Shown here piece after piece: positions 29,135 through 37,320 of a stretch of DNA of 64,000 bases. The translations under genes and the position numbers were made by a program. This DNA comes from an uncultured Gammaproteobacteria bacterium (lineage in GTDB: Bacteria; Patescibacteriota; Microgenomatia; Levybacterales; GWA1-39-11): assembly GCA_964472415.1 (NCBI GenBank), contig CAYYLC010000001.1, forward strand, positions 3,269 to 67,268. Reading direction: 5' to 3'. The notes below the pieces were generated by a model. It did not search any database and had not been told where the DNA came from. It worked only from the letters and a program-made list of their open reading frames with translations. The first letter of the stretch is position 1; each line of letters starts with the position of its first letter.

Positions 29135-30274
29135 TTAAAAAATTACCTTGAGGAGGCTGATGATTCCTTGTTTCCAAGGAACACGGTGACTTACACCGGA
29201 TTGAGCTGAGAGCCTGTTTCGGCTCTTCAGATACCAGTGGTAGTTTCGAAGGAGCGCGTCTTGATTTGAAAATTGAGGATTGAATCCTAGACTTTTCTCT
29301 GCCTTCTCAATCGAGACAAAGCTGTCTTTGCCGGCTGTCTCATATACCCATTTATAAATGGGTGAGATTTTAAGTTTTTCCAATACGCGAAGCGCCCAGA
29401 TTCCTGGCATTTCAGGAAATGAGACCATTCGCTTTCCAAATCCAGCTTCGTCAAGCACTACTTGGTAATCCTTTCTCATGGTGGTGTAGTTTTTTGCACC
29501 AATATTAAATGTGTCGTTAACTGTTTCTATGGAAAGAGTCATTGTCAGGTGGATTGCTTGACAAAGATCTTCGACATCCAGAAGCTGATAACGATTCTTG
29601 CCATTTCCCAACATTGGGAAATGATGTCCAGTGTTTGCCCAATCATATAGCAGGGCAAAAATCCCTAACCGTTCGGGCCCAATGAATGACTTGGGGCGAA
29701 TGATAGACACGCACATGCCGTTTCTTCGATAATCTTCACAGATTTTTTCTGCTTTGATTTTTGCTTTGCCATACGGGCCGACACCAATAAGTTGATCAGT
29801 TTCAATGAGTGGATGGTGGTCAGGGATTCCGTAGACTGCGGTCGACGAGATGTGAATTACTCGCTCGACGTTGTTGAGATGAGCTGCTGCTAAGACATTC
29901 TGAGTTCCTTGAACATCGGTAGTATAGATGTCTCGTTTGGAATAGAGTGGCAAGGCAGCGGCTGCATGGATGACTATATCGACTCCTTCCATAGCTTCAT
30001 TGAGTAGTTTTTGATTGCGGATGTCTCCACGAATTATCTTTATTTGCTTTGACTCAGGGTAGCTGAATGGTTCTTTATCGAAAGAACAGACGGCATATCC
30101 TCGCTTCAGAAGATAGCGTGTGAGGTTAATTCCAAGAAATCCTGCACCTCCTGTGATGAGTACCGCCTGAGTTTGTTGCGGTATATTGTTATCCTGTTGA
30201 GGTTGTGCTTCACGTTCTATAGTGAGAGATGGCGCAGCCTTCTGAGGCTTGAGCTTGATGGTTGGTGTTGTCAC
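29135..30274 (-). CDS. NAD-dependent epimerase/dehydratase (extended SDR)
   Basis: TGGAGFLG, HAAA, SSTAVYG, YGKAK; GTG start with GAGGAG. Confidence 0.9.
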   Translation of the reverse strand: MTTPTIKLKPQKAAPSLTIEREAQPQQDNNIPQQTQAVLITGGAGFLGINLTRYLLKRGYAVCSFDKEPFSYPESKQIKIIRGDIRNQKLLNEAMEGVDIVIHAAAALPLYSKRDIYTTDVQGTQNVLAAAHLNNVERVIHISSTAVYGIPDHHPLIETDQLIGVGPYGKAKIKAEKICEDYRRNGMCVSIIRPKSFIGPERLGIFALLYDWANTGHHFPMLGNGKNRYQLLDVEDLCQAIHLTMTLSIETVNDTFNIGAKNYTTMRKDYQVVLDEAGFGKRMVSFPEMPGIWALRVLEKLKISPIYKWVYETAGKDSFVSIEKAEKSLGFNPQFSNQDALLRNYHWYLKSRNRLSAQSGVSHRVPWKQGIISLLKVIF

Positions 30275-30393
30275 TTCCGATCTCCTCTATGGTAATGTGC
30301 GCTTGCCCATACTGCGTGCCTAATTGTTTGCTGGAACAATAGGTTCATAGTTTGGCAATTCGTGAGTATATCAAAGCACTCTTAAGATGGCAA
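30275..30393 (-). promoter_or_regulatory. Promoter plus structured leader (hairpin, boxA-like motif, SD)
   Basis: TTGCCA(30393-30388)-17-TATACT(30370-30365); hairpin 30358-30303; GCACATTACCAT 30300-30289; GAGGAG 30287-30282. Confidence 0.7.
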
Positions 30394-30401
30394 AAAAAGT
30401 T

Positions 30402-31622
30402 TTATGGTAATTTCGGAAATAATGGGATATGGAAGTTAGTGTTTGGAGAAGTTTTTCTATCAATACTGAGAAGAGTTGTTGCAAAATTAATCTGTTTTTT
30501 ATCATAGAGTGCGTAGATGCGCCTTGCTTTATTTTTTTGGATTGGGCTTTCAGGGAAAAGTAAGCCTTGATAAGAATTATCTTCAGAAAAATCAGAAATA
30601 GTGACACCTGTTGCGCGATAAAGTGTGTTGGAATGATATATCTTTTTAAATCCCGCACGGAGCTCTTTGCGAATAAGGATGGGGAAAGATGTTTTCTGGG
30701 GAATTTTTAGTTCAATTTCATGGTAGGTAAATTTCTGCGTTTTTAAATAGAGGAAAATTTTCCCTACAGAATAATTAAATTTTCTTGCCTTCAGAAATGA
30801 GCTTTCAACATGCGTAAGGATTCGCGCCCAGAGAATACTTTTATTAGTGATTGCAGGAGTAATTGTTTGAGATTTGGTAATAGACTTATAATTTGCTTTA
30901 GGTTGAGGGTCTACGGAGAAAAGTAATATGCCGTTTAATTCTTGCCAGATTTCATAAAATGGTTTTGGGAATGCTGACTTAATAAATCCTTCCGGGCGAA
31001 TGGTGAAGTCGTACGCAGTTTTTATGTTGAGTGCGCGAAGCTTTGGAGCGCTTCGGTAGCCGATTCCCCAAACTTTCTCAATACCAGTTTGCTTGAGAAG
31101 ATCTTTTGCTTGGTCTTTTGGAGCGATAGTAAGTCCAGATGGCTTATTAAGGTTTGCTGCAATTTTTGCAAGAGATTTTGTAATAGAGATGCCTATCGAG
31201 ACAGTGATGCCAAGCGAATTCTCAATCTCATTTTTCAGAGCTTTTCCGATTTGTTCATAAGACATATTAAATGGTTTTTCAAGTCCGCGTAGATCCATAA
31301 ATCCTTCATCTATAGAATATATCTCTACGCTTGGTGAATATTTTTTCATGACAGAAAACATGTTGTCTGAGAATAAATGGTACAGTCTGTAGTCAGAGGC
31401 TGTAATAATTACCTGAGGGAATTGTTTTTTAATCTCCCAGCAAGGCATGCCACGAATGACTCCCAGTTTTTTTGCTTCATATGATACAGCTGTTGCGATT
31501 CCTCGCTCAAGACCGGAGACGATTGGTTTCCCCTGGAGCTCTGGTCGGATTGCCTGAGTTACTGATGCAAAAAATGCATCAGCATCCAAGTGTAATATTG
31601 CGTTAGGCCATGAAGTGGACAT
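30402..31622 (-). CDS. Y-family translesion DNA polymerase (UmuC/DinB-like)
   Basis: HLDADAFFAS, SYEAK..G, YSIDE, LAKIA, VWGIG; QGLLF clamp-binding motif. Confidence 0.92.
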   Translation of the reverse strand: MSTSWPNAILHLDADAFFASVTQAIRPELQGKPIVSGLERGIATAVSYEAKKLGVIRGMPCWEIKKQFPQVIITASDYRLYHLFSDNMFSVMKKYSPSVEIYSIDEGFMDLRGLEKPFNMSYEQIGKALKNEIENSLGITVSIGISITKSLAKIAANLNKPSGLTIAPKDQAKDLLKQTGIEKVWGIGYRSAPKLRALNIKTAYDFTIRPEGFIKSAFPKPFYEIWQELNGILLFSVDPQPKANYKSITKSQTITPAITNKSILWARILTHVESSFLKARKFNYSVGKIFLYLKTQKFTYHEIELKIPQKTSFPILIRKELRAGFKKIYHSNTLYRATGVTISDFSEDNSYQGLLFPESPIQKNKARRIYALYDKKQINFATTLLSIDRKTSPNTNFHIPLFPKLP

Positions 31623-31682
31623 AATACATTCTGAAGAACTGTTTAAATAATTGTAAAATTTTTTTAGATTGGGATTTCATAA

Positions 31683-32243
31683 TTAGTACTTTCGCATGAC
31701 ACTTTTTACAATGCCAAATACTCTAAGCTCCGTAACGGGAATAAATTCAGGATAATTTGGATTTGCAGCTCTGAGAATGCTGATGCCATTCTTCTTATCG
31801 AGGAGTTTGAGAGTCCATTCATTATCAATAAGTGCCAGCACAATATCTCCAGAGCGGGCGTTGGTCGTTTTTTCTATTACTATGAGATCTCCTTCAAAAA
31901 TCCCCACACCCTCCATAGAATCTCCAGATACTTTTAGGAGAAACGAGCTTGTGGGTTTGTCTATGAGATACTCATCAAGAGAGAGGAAATTTAATTCCTC
32001 TTCAGCACCAGTTGGAAATCCTGCTTTAATATTTCCGAGAATCGGTACCTGAAAGAAAAAATTCGTGGGAGAGAGTTTATTGTTTACTTTCTGGAGATAG
32101 TTTTCTTCAATCAAGCCTTTAATAATTTTATGAATCGCGTTTTTAGAAGAGAGTTCAAAAAGTACAAGCATTTCAGAATATGAGGGTATGCGTTTATTTT
32201 TTTTATAAAATTGTCTAATTTGTTCGAGATATTTCGTATTCAT
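31683..32243 (-). CDS. lexA: LexA/UmuD-type self-cleaving repressor (wHTH plus S24 peptidase)
   Basis: PSYSEM HTH, AGFP cleavage site, GDSM Ser, TLK Lys. Confidence 0.85.
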   Translation of the reverse strand: MNTKYLEQIRQFYKKNKRIPSYSEMLVLFELSSKNAIHKIIKGLIEENYLQKVNNKLSPTNFFFQVPILGNIKAGFPTGAEEELNFLSLDEYLIDKPTSSFLLKVSGDSMEGVGIFEGDLIVIEKTTNARSGDIVLALIDNEWTLKLLDKKNGISILRAANPNYPEFIPVTELRVFGIVKSVMRKY

Positions 32244-32263
32244 AATTTTCCGATAGGAATAAT

Positions 32264-32292
32264 ACTATAGTGAACGATTGTTCACCTGTCAA
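32264..32292 (-). promoter_or_regulatory. lexA promoter with SOS box in the spacer
   Basis: TTGACA(32292-32287)-17-TATAGT(32269-32264); spacer carries the palindrome GTGAAC-N4-GTTCAC (32270-32285). Confidence 0.85.
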
Positions 32293-32311
32293 TATGACAA
32301 AGTAGTGCAAT

Positions 32312-33286
32312 TTATTGACTGGAAAAATATTCGTAGACTTTCTCAGAAATTTTTGCCTCAATTTCTGCGGCAGTTGTTTGGTTGTTTGTTTGAGAGAGTA
32401 GTACTAATACATAGTCTCCATACGGTGAATAGATAATTCCTGCATCATGTTTTATCGTTCCCAATTCTCCAGTTTTATGTGCGATCTCTATATTTTTAGG
32501 AAGGTATTTCGGAATCCTGTCATTAAGCTGCTGACGCTTTAGGATCATAAGCATTTCTCTCGAAGCGTTTTTGCTAACAATTTCACCTTTATATAGGAGT
32601 TCATAATATTTAAGGACGTCATTTGCTGTACTGGTGACAGAGTCAATTGATGAGTTATCTAAACTGTATTTACTTAAAAATTCTCCAACCTTATTCCAGC
32701 CAATCGTAAGATAGAGAATATGTGCAGAATAGTTATCAGATACAGTTATCATGCGATCGAGTGCGCCTTCTACTGTATTGCCTATGAATCCTTCGGTAAT
32801 TTCTGCTGATTCTGTTGCGATACCTAATCGTTTATTGATAATATCTGCTTCAAATCCTATATTCTGTTGTAGAGTGAGATTTCCTTTTTCGATTTCTTCA
32901 AATATCGCTCCCATGACCCAGAGCTTGTAAAGGCTCGCGGTTTCAAAAATTTCATGCTCATTATAAAAATAGGACTCATTAGTCTTTAGATTTTTTATTG
33001 AGATGGCATATTTTCCCTCAGCATTCTGAAGCTCTTCTTGAATGATTTCTTCCAGTTCTGATGATTCAGATCCACTCTCGACAGTCTCTTCGATCAGATC
33101 GCCAAGTGGTTTCAGAATGGTATTTGATTCTGAACGGTTAAAAAATAGAGACACAGGGAAGCTGATGAGTAGCAAGAGAAAAAAAAGTTTTATGAGAATA
33201 TGCGCTTGAGAGCGGAAAAGTTTTTGGTAGAAAAATACGAGGAAAAAGACTCCTAAGATAAGAAGTAAAAGATATAAAAATTCCAT
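32312..33286 (-). CDS. Membrane-anchored serine hydrolase, class A beta-lactamase/PBP fold
   Basis: ASLYK (SxxK), SDN, HKTG; two N-terminal TMs. Confidence 0.85.
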   Translation of the reverse strand: MEFLYLLLLILGVFFLVFFYQKLFRSQAHILIKLFFLLLLISFPVSLFFNRSESNTILKPLGDLIEETVESGSESSELEEIIQEELQNAEGKYAISIKNLKTNESYFYNEHEIFETASLYKLWVMGAIFEEIEKGNLTLQQNIGFEADIINKRLGIATESAEITEGFIGNTVEGALDRMITVSDNYSAHILYLTIGWNKVGEFLSKYSLDNSSIDSVTSTANDVLKYYELLYKGEIVSKNASREMLMILKRQQLNDRIPKYLPKNIEIAHKTGELGTIKHDAGIIYSPYGDYVLVLLSQTNNQTTAAEIEAKISEKVYEYFSSQ

Positions 33287-33523
33287 GTGGATTTTAGTAT
33301 AGCAGGGAAGGTTTATATATATAGGTAGGGATTCACCATGCTTGTTATAAGACGCACTCAGGATATATTAATGTACAGAAGATACTTCTCTTGAAATTTG
33401 CTTAGATTTCACTCAACCTATTTTCTATAGGTTATGAAAACTTGAAAAATATTATGGTAAGTATACTATTATAGGTCAATATTGAATATATTTTCTCCTT
33501 CTCAATTTACCTTCATTTACCTC

Positions 33524-33552
33524 TTGACGAAGTGAAAAAGATATTGTATTAT
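33524..33552 (+). promoter_or_regulatory. tuf promoter
   Basis: TTGACG-17-TATTAT with extended TG. Confidence 0.7.
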
Positions 33553-33598
33553 TCTTCATACACCTAAAACAAATCGGGTGTTTTATTTTTGAAAAAAT

Positions 33599-34786
33599 AT
33601 GGCAACAGCAAAATTTGATAGATCAAAACCACACGTAAATATCGGGACCATTGGTCACGTCGACCATGGTAAGACGACAACAACTGCTGCAATAACTAGT
33701 GTTCTTGCAAAGAAAGGTTTTGCAGAGGCAAAGAAGTACGAAGATATTGATAATGCTCCTGAAGAAAAAGAACGAGGAGTTACTATTAACATTTCCCACC
33801 AGGAATACGAGACTGATAAAAGACACTATGCGCACATTGATGCTCCTGGGCACGCTGACTATATCAAAAACATGATTACTGGTGCAGCCCAGATGGACGG
33901 TGCGATCCTTGTAGTATCAGCTCCAGATGGACCTATGCCTCAGACTCGAGAACACATTCTTCTTGCACGACAAGTTGGAGTACCAAGAATTATAGTATTC
34001 CTAAATAAAACAGACATGGTTGATGACCCAGAACTTATTGAGCTCGTTGAGATGGAGATCCGAGAACTTCTTACAAAATATCAATATCCAGGAGATGATA
34101 CTCCGATTATCAGAGGATCAGCTTTGAAAGCGCTTGAGGGTGACGCAGATGCTGAAAAAGCAATTATGGATCTTATGGATAAGGTTGATGAGTATATTCC
34201 TACCCCAGAGCGGCCAGTCGACAAACCTCTTCTTATGCCTGTAGAAGATGTTTTCTCGATCAAAGGACGAGGAACTGTGGTAACGGGAAGAATTGAACGA
34301 GGAATGGTTAAAGTAAATGAAGAAGTAGAAATTGTTGGGATTACACCAAAATCAACAAAGACAATTGTTACTGGAATCGAGATGTTTCGAAAGCAGCTTG
34401 ATGAGGGACAAGCAGGAGATAACGCTGGATTACTACTTAGAGGAGTAGAAAAAGATGATGTAGAGCGTGGACAGGTTATAGCAAAGCCAGGATCCATTAC
34501 TCCTCATACTGATTTTGAAGCTGAAGTGTATATTTTGACAAAAGAAGAGGGTGGACGACATACACCATTTTTCTCAGGATATCGACCACAATTCTATGTA
34601 CGAACTACTGATGTAACTGGAGAGATTAAACTTCAAGAAGGTGTTGAGATGGTTATGCCTGGAGATAACGCAAAAATGAATGTTTCACTGATCGTTCCTG
34701 TTGCTATGGAAGAGGGAATGAGATTCGCTATTCGAGAAGGCGGAAGGACAGTAGGAGCTGGAGTTGTCACGAAAATAACAAAATAA
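33599..34786 (+). CDS. tuf: Elongation factor Tu
   Basis: [31 protein letters not shown]. Confidence 0.99.
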   Translation: MATAKFDRSKPHVNIGTIGHVDHGKTTTTAAITSVLAKKGFAEAKKYEDIDNAPEEKERGVTINISHQEYETDKRHYAHIDAPGHADYIKNMITGAAQMDGAILVVSAPDGPMPQTREHILLARQVGVPRIIVFLNKTDMVDDPELIELVEMEIRELLTKYQYPGDDTPIIRGSALKALEGDADAEKAIMDLMDKVDEYIPTPERPVDKPLLMPVEDVFSIKGRGTVVTGRIERGMVKVNEEVEIVGITPKSTKTIVTGIEMFRKQLDEGQAGDNAGLLLRGVEKDDVERGQVIAKPGSITPHTDFEAEVYILTKEEGGRHTPFFSGYRPQFYVRTTDVTGEIKLQEGVEMVMPGDNAKMNVSLIVPVAMEEGMRFAIREGGRTVGAGVVTKITK

Positions 34787-34838
34787 CGAGCAGGTTATTT
34801 GCACTTTGTACAATTTATTTAAAGGAATAGGATGTATG

Positions 34839-34866
34839 GCCTGCTTATCAATGAGCAGGTTTTTTT
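34839..34866 (+). terminator. Intrinsic terminator between tuf and rpsJ
   Basis: CCTGCTTA-TCAA-TGAGCAGG followed by T7. Confidence 0.85.
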
Positions 34867-34889
34867 GTTATAATTAGAAAGAAAACAAT

Positions 34890-35198
34890 ATGTCAAAAGG
34901 AAGAATTCGCGTAAAATTAAAGAGTTATGATTCTCGGATCATAGATAATACATGTCAACAAATCATTGACACCGCGCTTCGTACTGGTGCAAAGGTAATT
35001 GGTCCAGTACCGCTCCCCACAAATAGATCATTGTTTACAGTAAATAAATCTCCGTTTGTTGATAAAGATGCGCGGGATCATTTTGAACTCAAAACGCATA
35101 AACGGCTTATTGATATAGAATCACCTACTGAATCAACTATTGAAAATCTTATTCATCTTGATCTTCCAACCGGAGTGAACGTAGAGATTAAGATGTAG
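34890..35198 (+). CDS. rpsJ: 30S ribosomal protein S10 (NusE)
   Basis: [24 protein letters not shown]. Confidence 0.98.
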   Translation: MSKGRIRVKLKSYDSRIIDNTCQQIIDTALRTGAKVIGPVPLPTNRSLFTVNKSPFVDKDARDHFELKTHKRLIDIESPTESTIENLIHLDLPTGVNVEIKM

Positions 35199-35297
35199 AG
35201 ATCGCTCTCCTTTCGTAAATTATTCTCTGATTTCACGTAGTTGCTTTTTTTCACTAGATCCTCTAAAAATTTACCCTATTTTAATCCTCAGAACGTC

Positions 35298-35438
35298 TTG
35301 TATTTGAAGCTCAGGCACGATATAATAATGTTCGGTGATTATGACCTATACTTTGGAGGTGAATATTGCTGCATAAGCGTTAAGTAAAAGCTTTTTTGAG
35401 CTTTTTGCTGAAACGACTGTATAGCAGTCGTTTTTTTT
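35298..35438 (+). ncRNA. Candidate small RNA or attenuating leader between rpsJ and rplC
   Basis: TTGTAT-17-TATAAT (35298-35326), GGAGGTGA 35355-35362, hairpin 35384-35408, terminator AAACGACTG-TATAG-CAGTCG-T8 (35411-35438). Confidence 0.5.
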
Positions 35439-35453
35439 GTTATAAGGGATATT

Positions 35454-36278
35454 ATGAATATACCAACAGTAATCGGACAAAAGATTGAACAAACACAAGC
35501 GTTTTTAGAAAACGGAACACGGGTTCCGTTGACTCATGTGTATGTAGGAGAAAATTCTGTGAGTCAGATAAAGACTGTGGAGAAAGACGGATATTCAGCA
35601 GTTCAAGTAGCATTCGGAGAAAGAAATAAGATTGCAAAACCACTCGCTGGTCATCTCAAAAAAGCGGGGCTAAAAAAATCACCTCGCTTTTTGCGTGAAA
35701 TACGAGTTGGTGAAGTAGAAGGCATAGGAATAGGGGCAGCAATTTTACCAGAAGAAGTTTTGAAGCCAGGGGATAAGATCGATGTAGTAGGAATTTCAAA
35801 AGGAAAAGGATTTGCTGGAGGAGTTAAGCGGTGGGGATTTCGAGGAGGGCCAAAAACTCACGGACAATCAGACCGTCACAGAGCTCCTGGTTCTATTGGA
35901 CAAGGGACTACGCCAGGGAGAGTTTATAAAGGAAAGAAGATGGCAGGTCGCATGGGGAATGAGCAGGTTACTATCAAAAACCTTGAGGTTATCGATATAA
36001 AAGATGGAGAGGTTATTATAAAAGGGCTTGTTCCTGGACCAAAAGGTGGCGTAATTGTAATCACAAAAATTGGGGAGAATAAAAACTTTAAGCCATTATT
36101 TACAGTTGTCGAAGAGACAGTTGAAGTGTCATCTGAGGAAGTAGCGGAAGTGCCAATAGAAACATCTATTGAAACAAATCAGGCAGCTAAGGCATCAGTT
36201 GAAACAGAAAAAGCTGTTGCAGCAGATACGAAAGAAGTGATGCCAGATAATGCTGAAGGAATAAAAGAGGAGAAATAG
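35454..36278 (+). CDS. rplC: 50S ribosomal protein L3 with acidic C-terminal tail
   Basis: SKGKGFAG, HRAPGSIG, KKMAGRMG. Confidence 0.97.
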   Translation: MNIPTVIGQKIEQTQAFLENGTRVPLTHVYVGENSVSQIKTVEKDGYSAVQVAFGERNKIAKPLAGHLKKAGLKKSPRFLREIRVGEVEGIGIGAAILPEEVLKPGDKIDVVGISKGKGFAGGVKRWGFRGGPKTHGQSDRHRAPGSIGQGTTPGRVYKGKKMAGRMGNEQVTIKNLEVIDIKDGEVIIKGLVPGPKGGVIVITKIGENKNFKPLFTVVEETVEVSSEEVAEVPIETSIETNQAAKASVETEKAVAADTKEVMPDNAEGIKEEK

Positions 36279-36279
36279 T

Positions 36280-37014
36280 ATGGCAGAAAAAGTTATAAAA
36301 CCAACAAAAAAAGCGGAAAAAGTAGCGGCAAAGAAGACTGCAGAGGTGAGCGTGAAAGTATCAAAGAAAGACGCGAAAGTTTCTGTGCAGAGCTTTGATT
36401 TGACAGGAAAAAATATAGGGACGGTAAGTCTTCCAGAGGAGCTTTTTAATGGAAAAATAAATGCGCAACTTATGGCACAAGCTGTCCGAGTGTATCTTGC
36501 GAATCAGCGTCAGGGGACAGCAAGCACTAAAACGAGAAGTGAAGTGACGGGATCACGAAGAAAAGTATGGAGGCAAAAAGGAACAGGGCGTGCACGTCAT
36601 GGATCTATCACTGGCCCTATTTTTGTGGGTGGAGGAATCGTGCATGGACCAAAACCACGAAGTTATGATCTCAGGATGCCAAAGAAGATGAAGTATCAGG
36701 CACTTGTAAGTGCATTAACAGAAAAGGTACAGGCCAATAAAATTTTTGTGATTGATGGGGAGATGAGTGGGAAGACGAAAGAGTTTGCGCAAGCTCTGAA
36801 GGCGATTGTGGAAAGTCAGAATAAAAAGGCGCCGTCAGTACTTTTTGTAAGGGCAAAAGGTGATGAGAAGGCAAAGTTTGCGTCTAGGAATGTAGAACGA
36901 GTAGATGTGGTAACAGGTGCAACAGTAAATACGTATGGAGTGATAAAAAATAGCACGATTGTCCTTTCAAAACAGGCAATTGATGAGATGAAAGAGACAT
37001 TTATAAAAGTATAA
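36280..37014 (+). CDS. rplD: 50S ribosomal protein L4
   Basis: RQKGTGRARHG, GGGIVHGPKPR. Confidence 0.97.
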   Translation: MAEKVIKPTKKAEKVAAKKTAEVSVKVSKKDAKVSVQSFDLTGKNIGTVSLPEELFNGKINAQLMAQAVRVYLANQRQGTASTKTRSEVTGSRRKVWRQKGTGRARHGSITGPIFVGGGIVHGPKPRSYDLRMPKKMKYQALVSALTEKVQANKIFVIDGEMSGKTKEFAQALKAIVESQNKKAPSVLFVRAKGDEKAKFASRNVERVDVVTGATVNTYGVIKNSTIVLSKQAIDEMKETFIKV

Positions 37015-37018
37015 AATT

Positions 37019-37318
37019 ATGAAACAAGCATACGAAATAATTAAAAAACCAGTGATCTCTGAGCAGTCTTTTAAGGAGGCAGAAATAGGCAGATACAGTT
37101 TTATCGTGGATATTGCATCTTCAAAGGATGAGATAAAAAAAGCAATTGAGACTACGTTTGGCGTTTCAGTTACAAAGGTTATGACAAATATTGTAAAAGG
37201 GAATAGAACTCGACTTACAAAAAAGAGAAAGATTGTTTCAAATGCAGCGTATAAAAAAGCACGTGTAACGCTGAAAAAAGGAGAAAAGCTTACTATATTT
37301 GATGAACATGTAGAATAA
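37019..37318 (+). CDS. rplW: 50S ribosomal protein L23
   Basis: PVISE, KKARVTL, operon position. Confidence 0.95.
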   Translation: MKQAYEIIKKPVISEQSFKEAEIGRYSFIVDIASSKDEIKKAIETTFGVSVTKVMTNIVKGNRTRLTKKRKIVSNAAYKKARVTLKKGEKLTIFDEHVE

Positions 37319-37320
37319 AT

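Noticed and set aside
32312-33286. Possible beta-lactamase resistance gene
   Set aside because: It is membrane-anchored and the omega-loop region with the Glu166 equivalent appears missing; more likely a PBP-like peptidase.
3916-33370. Direct repeat CAGGATATATTA at 3916-3927 and 33359-33370, resembling a T-DNA border/oriT core
   Set aside because: A 12-bp match is expected by chance in 64 kb of AT-rich DNA; there is no relaxase or integrase, and the interval includes core fusA.
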